Below are positions 36,635-43,103 of a stretch of 43,103 bases of DNA, piece by piece. The first letter of the stretch is position 1, and every line of letters begins with the position of its first letter. Made by a program: the position numbers and the translations under genes. Under the pieces are notes generated by a model. That model was not told the DNA's origin, made no database searches, and worked only from the letters and a program-made list of their open reading frames with translations. Location of the stretch: sequence record DRR378314_1456; one strand, written 5' to 3'.

Positions 36635-37084
36635 ATGCTCTTGTTGAATCTGATTGTCGCAGGTGTGCTCGTATCGATCTGCTTTGCGGTTCACTTCGCA
36701 GGTCTTGTCGGTCTTTCTGCGCTTATCCGCAAAAGGGGTGATACGCATGTAAACCTGTCGACAGTGGCAGGGCAGGGCGTCGCCATCTTCTTTATCCTGA
36801 TCAGCCTGTTCGCGCTGCACTCAATAGAAATCTGGATTTTCACCTTCGCCTATCTGGCCCTCGACATTTTCCCCGATGTCGAAACTGCGGTCTATTATTC
36901 GACCACCACATTCACCACGGTGGGCTATGGTGATGTCGTGGTCGACAAAGGCTGGAGGATGCTGGGGGCAGCAGAATCTGTCATCGGCTTTCTGCTTCTG
37001 GGCTGGTCCACGGCGTTCCTTGTTTCAGTGTCGGCGCGCGTGCGCAGCTTTGAGGCGCGGATCGAACAGCTGGATGACGATTAG
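36635..37084 (+). CDS. Small potassium channel family protein (Ion_trans_2)
   Basis: Pore helix and filter AVYYSTTTFTTVGYGD flanked by TM helices; GGGAGG RBS. Confidence 0.9.
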   Translation: MLLLNLIVAGVLVSICFAVHFAGLVGLSALIRKRGDTHVNLSTVAGQGVAIFFILISLFALHSIEIWIFTFAYLALDIFPDVETAVYYSTTTFTTVGYGDVVVDKGWRMLGAAESVIGFLLLGWSTAFLVSVSARVRSFEARIEQLDDD

Positions 37085-38058
37085 TCGGACTCTGTTTCCG
37101 GTCGCATCAGGAACCGCGCTCCGGCCACTGCCAGCCCAACCAGAACCAGTCCGCCCAGAACCAGAGTTTCTGGTTGCGCGCCGAGATACTCGAAATATTG
37201 CGTATAGCCATGGATTGTCAGGAAGACGATCGATGTGATGGACAGGAAGCTGTTGCGGCGGGTCTTGAAGATGACAATCGCCAGTGCAGCGACCCAGCCA
37301 ATCGTAAAAACGTAGTCCGGGATCGACATGGCCGTTTCGCGCCATTCAGAACGCTCGGACCAACGGTCAGGTGCGAACCAGTGTTCACCCACCCGGTCGC
37401 CCCAGAGTGAGCCGACCCAGAATGCAAAGTTTACCATGAACATCGCTGTCCGTGCGGCGATGGTCGTCATATTGCGCCAGGCGTTTCCCAGCCGTTCACG
37501 CGCGTGATAGAGCCCCGCCGACAGGAGACTGAAGACAATGATAGTGATCGTCGGTTCTTCGACAAACAATGCATAGCTCGCGTGCCAATAGCCCGTGCCC
37601 GAACCGAGGATTGCGCCGAGCGACAGCACTGCGAACGCGGCCAGCAGGGCGGACCGAAACCATATGGCTGACGCCGTCATCACGACGGCAATAAGGACCG
37701 TCGACATCGTTCCATCATCGACTTCCCGGAATTCCCAACCGATCCAGCCTGCAACGCCCAGCGTCCCCATCAGGGTGAGAGCGCTGCCCAGTGTTTTCAG
37801 GGAGTTACCAGTGGCGCTGCGGCGCAGGAATTCCGCTCCGCCCAGCGCAAGCAGGGCCAGAAACAGGCCGGTCCCAGCGTTTGGAACGAGTGCAATCGTG
37901 CCACCGGCAACAGAGATGGCCCCGAAAATAAGGAGAATGTTGACCAGCAAGCCTGTTTTCGGCTCCGGCAGCGCGAAGCCCTTCAGCCGTGCGGCTTCGG
38001 CGTCGTCGATCTGGCCGTTTTTCATCAAGGCGTCGAGGTCCAGTGTAATCCGGGACAT
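37081..38058 (-). CDS. Polytopic membrane protein (DUF2157-like N-terminus)
   Basis: LDLDALMKNGQIDDAEAARL followed by about 10 TM segments; GGAGG RBS before ATG 38058. Confidence 0.75.
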   Translation of the reverse strand: MSRITLDLDALMKNGQIDDAEAARLKGFALPEPKTGLLVNILLIFGAISVAGGTIALVPNAGTGLFLALLALGGAEFLRRSATGNSLKTLGSALTLMGTLGVAGWIGWEFREVDDGTMSTVLIAVVMTASAIWFRSALLAAFAVLSLGAILGSGTGYWHASYALFVEEPTITIIVFSLLSAGLYHARERLGNAWRNMTTIAARTAMFMVNFAFWVGSLWGDRVGEHWFAPDRWSERSEWRETAMSIPDYVFTIGWVAALAIVIFKTRRNSFLSITSIVFLTIHGYTQYFEYLGAQPETLVLGGLVLVGLAVAGARFLMRPETESD

Positions 38059-38075
38059 GGGTTTTACCTCCGTAA

Positions 38076-38089
38076 AGTGAGCGCTTACT
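38076..38089. promoter_or_regulatory. Near-perfect palindromic operator
   Basis: AGTGAGCGCTTACT (one mismatched pair), lying between a minus-strand TTGACG (38105-38100) and the RBS of the membrane-protein gene. Confidence 0.5.
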
Positions 38090-38199
38090 AACATATCTGC
38101 GTCAACCTGACAACCGACTTCACCTATGGGAATTGTGGACATCACCGTGCGAGCGGCTTAGTGCAGTCGCTGAAAGACTTTGCAATGGATCGAGGCAGC

Positions 38200-40203
38200 A
38201 TGTTCAAAAAGATTCTGATCGCCAACCGTGGGGAAATTGCAGTTCGGGTCATCAAGACCTGCAGACGGCTCGGCGTGCAGACGGTTGTCGTCTATTCTGA
38301 TGCCGACGCTGACTCCATGGCCGTCGAAATGGCAGACGAGGCGATCCATATCGGTCCGTCACCTGCCGCAGAATCCTACCTCGTTGCCGACAAGATCATC
38401 GACGCCGTGCGCCAGACCGGCGCCGAAGCCATCCATCCGGGCTTTGGCTTCCTGTCAGAGAACCCGGCCTTCGCCAAACGTCTTGAAGAAGAGAAGATCG
38501 GCTGGATCGGCCCGAATGCCTACGCAATCGAGGCAATGGGCGACAAGATCAGCTCGAAGAAACTTGCTGCTGACGCTGGCGTGTCGACCGTTCCGGGACA
38601 TATGGGCCTGATCGAGGATACCGCCGAGGCCGTCAAAATTTCCAAGGAAATTGGCTACCCGGTGATGATCAAGGCGTCCGCCGGTGGTGGTGGCAAAGGC
38701 ATCCGTGTGGCTGCCAACGACAAGGAAGTCGAAGAAGGGTTCCCGGCTGTTAAGGCCGAAGCGAAGTCTTCGTTTGGCGATGACCGCGTCTTCATCGAGA
38801 AGTTCATCCTAGAGCCGCGCCACATCGAAATTCAGGTGCTCGGCGACAAGCACGGCAACTGCATCTACTTGAATGAGCGTGAATGCTCGATCCAGCGCCG
38901 TAACCAGAAGGTTATCGAAGAGGCGCCTTCGCCGCTGCTGGACCCTGAAACTCGCAAGAAAATGGGTGAGCAAGCCGTCGCGCTGGCGAAGGCTGTGAAC
39001 TATGACAGCGCCGGTACGGTGGAGTTCGTCGCATCTGGCGCGGACAAGGGGTTCTATTTCCTCGAAATGAACACCCGTCTTCAGGTGGAGCACCCGGTTA
39101 CCGAGCTGATCACGGGCGTTGACCTTGTCGAACAGATGCTGCGCGTGGCCTATGGTGAGACGCTGAAGCTCAAACAGTCCGATATCAAGATCAATGGCTG
39201 GGCCGTGGAAAGCCGCGTCTATGCCGAAGACCCCTATCGCAACTTCCTGCCGTCCATAGGCCGTCTGAAGCGCTTCCATGCGCCGGAAGAGGGCGAATTG
39301 GCTGGCGGGACAGTCCGCATGGATTCCGGTGTCCGCGAAGGCGACGAAATCTCCATGTTCTACGACCCGATGATCGCCAAGCTGATCACGCACGGCAAGG
39401 ATCGCGATCAGGCGCTGGACGTGCACGGCGAGGCGCTCGACCGGTTCCACATTGAAGGCATTCAGGACAACATGCCCTTCATTGCGGCCGTGATCGACGA
39501 AAAGCGGTTCCGTTCCGGCAAGATCACGACGGCCTACATCAAGGACGAGTTCCCGGAAGGCTTTGACGGCGTTGAGCCAACTGAAACGCAGGTGACCCAG
39601 CTGATCTGCGCGGCGGCGTACGTGCATGGTTTCATGACGCGCCGGGCCTCTGACACAAGTGGCCGCATCGCGCCTCAAGCGGAAGCGCGCCGAGAATGGG
39701 TCGTTATCCTGGGTGACAAGCATTATCCGGTGACGCTGGATCTTGGCGATGTGGGCGAAGCGGAGATCACCATTGATGGCGGCAAAACGCACACGCTGGT
39801 GACGCCTTGGCATCCAGGTCAGCACCTTGTTGAGGGTCTGTTGGATGGTGAGCCGTTTGCGGTGAAGTTTGCAGACCGCACTGAGGGCTATCTCTTCCGT
39901 CATCGCGGCGTGGCGCTTCGCGCGTTGGTCTGCACACCAAAAGTCGCTGATTTGCATTCCCGCCTGCCGGAGAAGGAAAAGCCGGACACATCCAAGCTGA
40001 TCATGTCTCCGATGCCGGGCCTCGTCGTGTCGATCGATGTCGAGATCGGCCAGGAGGTCCAGGAAGGCGAGGCGGTTTGCGTGGTCGAAGCGATGAAGAT
40101 GCAGAATATCATCCGCGCCGAAGCCAATGGTACCGTGAAAGCCATCAATGTCGGCGCTGGCGACAGCGTTGCAGCCGACGAGATCATGGTCGAATTCGAC
40201 TAG
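38200..40203 (+). CDS. pccA: Acetyl/propionyl-CoA carboxylase alpha subunit (biotin carboxylase + BCCP), probably PccA
   Basis: KILIANRGEIA, IHPGFGFLSEN, KASAGGGGKG, RECSIQRRNQK, FLEMNTRLQVEHPVTE, YDPMIAKL, SPMPG, EAMKM biotinylation site. Confidence 0.92.
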   Translation: MFKKILIANRGEIAVRVIKTCRRLGVQTVVVYSDADADSMAVEMADEAIHIGPSPAAESYLVADKIIDAVRQTGAEAIHPGFGFLSENPAFAKRLEEEKIGWIGPNAYAIEAMGDKISSKKLAADAGVSTVPGHMGLIEDTAEAVKISKEIGYPVMIKASAGGGGKGIRVAANDKEVEEGFPAVKAEAKSSFGDDRVFIEKFILEPRHIEIQVLGDKHGNCIYLNERECSIQRRNQKVIEEAPSPLLDPETRKKMGEQAVALAKAVNYDSAGTVEFVASGADKGFYFLEMNTRLQVEHPVTELITGVDLVEQMLRVAYGETLKLKQSDIKINGWAVESRVYAEDPYRNFLPSIGRLKRFHAPEEGELAGGTVRMDSGVREGDEISMFYDPMIAKLITHGKDRDQALDVHGEALDRFHIEGIQDNMPFIAAVIDEKRFRSGKITTAYIKDEFPEGFDGVEPTETQVTQLICAAAYVHGFMTRRASDTSGRIAPQAEARREWVVILGDKHYPVTLDLGDVGEAEITIDGGKTHTLVTPWHPGQHLVEGLLDGEPFAVKFADRTEGYLFRHRGVALRALVCTPKVADLHSRLPEKEKPDTSKLIMSPMPGLVVSIDVEIGQEVQEGEAVCVVEAMKMQNIIRAEANGTVKAINVGAGDSVAADEIMVEFD

Positions 40204-40371
40204 GTTGAAAACGCCCATCTGGCGAACTTATTAACCCTGCCCTAACCAAATTGGCGCGGATATCTCGCCAGTGGGGCAGGGGAAACGTTTACGAGTCTTT
40301 CCTTGACCTGACCGCTGGCGCGAAGAAAATGCGCCAGTCTTTCGCAGTGGAAGCAAATCAAGGGGGCCGAA

Positions 40372-40818
40372 ATGGTCAGTTTTCCAGACGCAGTAAAAAT
40401 GTTCTTCAGTCGCTATGTGGATTTTCAGGGTCGTTCACAGCGCTCTGAATACTGGTGGGTTGCTCTGTTCAATGTGATCGTGTTCGGCGTTCTTGCCGTG
40501 CTCGCATTTGGGCTTGGCGGCAATTTCGAAACCGGTGAGATGAACCCGCTGGGCATGATCTTCTTTGCAGTTATGGGGCTTTATGCGCTCGCAATCATCA
40601 TTCCGAGCATTGCTCTGTTCATTCGTCGCCTGCACGACATCAATCAGACGGGCTGGATTTATCTCGGCCTCGTGATTGCCGGCTTTATTCCGTTCATCAA
40701 CTTCCTGGCCTCGATTGCCCAGATCGTGATCGCCTGCATCCCAGGCACGGTTGGCCCGAACAAGTACGGCCCGGACCCGAAAAATCCGACGGCTGGCGCG
40801 GCTGACACATTCGTCTAG
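40372..40818 (+). CDS. DUF805 domain membrane protein
   Basis: YVDFQGRSQRSEYWW, IRRLHDI, GPNKYGPDP. Confidence 0.93.
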   Translation: MVSFPDAVKMFFSRYVDFQGRSQRSEYWWVALFNVIVFGVLAVLAFGLGGNFETGEMNPLGMIFFAVMGLYALAIIIPSIALFIRRLHDINQTGWIYLGLVIAGFIPFINFLASIAQIVIACIPGTVGPNKYGPDPKNPTAGAADTFV

Positions 40819-40843
40819 TCGACCGGAACAATCCAATTTCCAG

Positions 40844-40873
40844 AAGAGCCGGGCAGTTGTCCGGCTCTTTTTT
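40844..40873 (+). terminator. Rho-independent terminator
   Basis: AAGAGCCGGGCA-GT-TGTCCGGCTCTT followed by a T tract. Confidence 0.85.
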
Positions 40874-40964
40874 GTTGCATGTATTTATCGTTTATTGATA
40901 AGGACGCGAGACGCTGAATGCTGCCAGTGTGCGTGTTTCGCCCGATAAAGGAGACTGAACCCAT

Positions 40965-41486
40965 ATGGACATGAGATATGTCCTCTTGTCGTCAAAAGGC
41001 CGAATTGGCTCGCGCACCTTCCTGCGCGGCTTGTCGGTCATCACGGCTGCTTTCATTCTGGTGCAGATCGCCAACACGTTCATATCGCCCATGTTCGGCA
41101 TTCTCTTCTATCCGATGGTCTATGTGTATGTGTGCCTGTTCTCGAAGCGCCTGCATGATGCGGGGCATTCGGGCTGGTTTTATCTTCTGTTTCTGATCGG
41201 GTATGCGGTTGTCACCAGCGTCGTCAGCGCCCTGTTGATGCCCGTCCTGTCGCCTGAGGCGTTTGCATTGTATGCGGAGTTCGGAAACGATCTCGCTGCT
41301 GCAATGGAAGCGCTGACGGAGAACATTCAGGAGTTCGAGCGTCTGACAGCCTTGACCTCGCTGGCCAGCTTCCTGCTGACCACCGCATTGCTTGGCTTCA
41401 TCGCCGCGCGCCTGCCCACCGATGCGGGACCCAACAAGTACGGACCGCCCACGTCGGGCACACCGATGACTCCCCCCACTTCCTGA
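40965..41486 (+). CDS. DUF805 domain membrane protein (second paralog)
   Basis: SSKGRIGSRTF, SKRLHDAGHSGW, GPNKYGPP; AAGGAG RBS. Confidence 0.88.
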   Translation: MDMRYVLLSSKGRIGSRTFLRGLSVITAAFILVQIANTFISPMFGILFYPMVYVYVCLFSKRLHDAGHSGWFYLLFLIGYAVVTSVVSALLMPVLSPEAFALYAEFGNDLAAAMEALTENIQEFERLTALTSLASFLLTTALLGFIAARLPTDAGPNKYGPPTSGTPMTPPTS

Positions 41487-41509
41487 TCCTCTGAAGGAGC
41501 CGACCGGAT

Positions 41510-42298
41510 ATGACCCATCATACGACAACACCGATTGATCCGCACCGGCCCTGGATTCGGGATGAGCGCGATGACCCGTCCCGGATGAACTGGGTACAGA
41601 CCTTGTTCAATCCGTTCGGCATGACGGGCAAACTGCACTTCAGTCGCGCCTGGACGTTCATGTTCATGGGGCGACTGCTGCTATTCATTGTGCCGGTTTT
41701 CGGCGTGTCCATTGCGACGATGGCGGGAGCGGATCTCAGCTCAGCCTGGCAACCGATCAAATCGATCGGGGTGCCGCTGCCAGCGCTTTTGGTGCCCTTC
41801 TTCTTTTTCACGATTGTCACTGAGTTCACATCCTGGGTGGCTCATGTACGTCGTTTCGCGGAAGCGAACCGGTCGACTCTGAAGGCGGCGATCGTATTGA
41901 TTCCGCTGACGCTCGGCCTGATCGGATTCGCGCTCGGGGTTATGGGTGGCGTGTCTCAGTACGAGGCCCAACAGGGACAGTCTGCGCAGGCGCCGGTCGA
42001 AACCGTCACGGATGAAACGGCTGATGGCGCGGCCGCTGACACCGCACCGACAGAAGCAGCCGAACAGGCCCCGGCTCAGAACCGCGGTCGCAGAGGTCCA
42101 CCGCCAACGCCAGCGGAGATGGCTCTTGGCGCGGGTATGGGCCTCGCCATGCCGCTGTGGGCCTTGTCATCCTTCTTCGTCATGCTGTGGACGCTGCTTC
42201 ATGTGGCACGCCTGCCGAATGGCGGCGTTGGCGGGTTTCGCACAGGAAGCGACCTGACGCAGGAAGAGCAGCGGCTGAAATCCTACGAGATGGCCTGA
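41510..42298 (+). CDS. Divergent DUF805-like membrane protein (third paralog)
   Basis: LFNPFG....[17 protein letters not shown], acidic Ala-rich loop; AAGGAG RBS. Confidence 0.7.
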   Translation: MTHHTTTPIDPHRPWIRDERDDPSRMNWVQTLFNPFGMTGKLHFSRAWTFMFMGRLLLFIVPVFGVSIATMAGADLSSAWQPIKSIGVPLPALLVPFFFFTIVTEFTSWVAHVRRFAEANRSTLKAAIVLIPLTLGLIGFALGVMGGVSQYEAQQGQSAQAPVETVTDETADGAAADTAPTEAAEQAPAQNRGRRGPPPTPAEMALGAGMGLAMPLWALSSFFVMLWTLLHVARLPNGGVGGFRTGSDLTQEEQRLKSYEMA

Positions 42299-42993
42299 AG
42301 CGGTTCCTGAACTCGAACAAGGCGGCTTTCGAACACGGTTTCAAACGCTGCTTTCAGCGCGGCGTCCACGTCTTCCATTGTCGCGAGAATACCAAGGTCG
42401 ACGAGGCTGGTGACGCCATAGCGCGGGTCTGCGATGCCGCAAGGCGTGATACCAGAGAAGTGCTCCAGATCAGGCTCCACGTTCAGGGATATACCGTGGA
42501 AGCTGACCCACTTTTTCAGGCGCACGCCAATGGCTGCGATCTTGTCTTCGCGCAAGGGTCCACCCGCTTGTGTCCGGTCGACCCAGACCCCGACCCGTCC
42601 GTCGCGCGTACCGGCTTCGACATTGAAAGCGCTGAGCGCCGCGACAATCCAGGTTTCAAGATTCTGCACGAATGCGCGCACATCCCGGCCACGCTGGGCG
42701 ACATCCAGCATCATATAGGCGACGCGCTGTCCGGGGCCGTGATAGGTGTACTCACCACCGCGGCCGGCATCGAACACGGGGAAGCGGGACGGGTCACGCA
42801 GGTCGTCCACCTTGGCTGACGTACCAGATGTGTAGAGCGGGGGGTGTTCCAGGAACCAGACCAGTTCCGGCGCGCCTTCCTCACGGATGGCGCGGGCGCG
42901 GGCCTCCATGAACCGGACTGCGGCTTCGTAGGGAACCTGCCGTTCGGAAACGGCCCATTCGGTGTCGGGAAATTTCTGCATCACCGCGCGCAT
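42283..42993 (-). CDS. lipB: Lipoyl(octanoyl) transferase LipB
   Basis: [50 protein letters not shown]. Start is 42993 or 42981. Confidence 0.95.
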   Translation of the reverse strand: MRAVMQKFPDTEWAVSERQVPYEAAVRFMEARARAIREEGAPELVWFLEHPPLYTSGTSAKVDDLRDPSRFPVFDAGRGGEYTYHGPGQRVAYMMLDVAQRGRDVRAFVQNLETWIVAALSAFNVEAGTRDGRVGVWVDRTQAGGPLREDKIAAIGVRLKKWVSFHGISLNVEPDLEHFSGITPCGIADPRYGVTSLVDLGILATMEDVDAALKAAFETVFESRLVRVQEPLQAIS

Positions 42994-43066
42994 ATAGGCG
43001 ACATTCGGGGCTTCACAAAGGGCTGGTGTCGCCTTATACGGCCCGTCTGCCTCATTGAAGACCAGT

Positions 43067-43103
43067 GCGGTCATGGCGGAATTGGTAGACGCGCAGCGTT
43101 GAG
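43067..43103 (+). tRNA. tRNA-Leu (anticodon GAG), 5' half only, truncated by the window end
   Basis: GCGGTCA-TGGCGGAATTGGTAGACGC-G-CAGCG-TTGAG: Leu-type D arm and an anticodon arm ending in GAG at the last base. Confidence 0.85.

Noticed and set aside
38167-38186. PccR-type operator (TTTGCAAA-N4-TTTGCAAA) upstream of pccA
   Set aside because: Only one imperfect half-site (TTTGCAAT) is present; the second half does not match.
38809-40218. 469-aa minus-strand ORF (similarly 32158..33345, 3054..4070, 6256..7179, 10119..11099)
   Set aside because: Each lies antisense to a well-supported gene and has no independent protein signature.
42994-43074. N-terminal extension of lipB in the ORF track
   Set aside because: It would start inside the tRNA-Leu(GAG) gene and span its promoter; recognisable LipB sequence begins downstream.
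1-43103. CRISPR array, rRNA, prophage
   Set aside because: No regularly spaced direct repeats, rRNA-like segments or phage genes were seen; nearly all sequence is accounted for by CDS.

Overview
High-GC alphaproteobacterial chromosomal window. Gene content and order (thrB..rnhA, map..radC, pccA-DUF805-lipB-tRNA-Leu, TorF porin, spinster MFS pair) suggest Hyphomonas/Hyphomonadaceae; this is inference, no search was run. It has about 45 CDS, one complete tRNA-Leu(TAA) and a tRNA-Leu(GAG) truncated at the right edge. I saw no IS, integrase, prophage or CRISPR array. Most genes are housekeeping. The notable accessory features are: (1) an AT-rich TIGR04141/DUF6119-like gene with a C-terminal nuclease-like motif (candidate single-gene defence nuclease) beside a fragmented ligase-associated DNA damage cluster (exonuclease, Lhr, PdeM; ligase not in window); (2) a translationally coupled sterol-desaturase-family + acyltransferase-3 cassette inserted antisense between lhr and pdeM; (3) an uncharacterised acidic His-containing lipoprotein divergent from a PiuC-like dioxygenase across a Fur-like box; (4) a TetR module with three TTGACA-N3-TGTCAA-type operators; (5) a candidate 3'UTR-derived anti-SD sRNA behind the TorF porin gene. 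All product calls come from motif recognition by eye. Several starts were moved from the supplied ORF track to more plausible ATGs.
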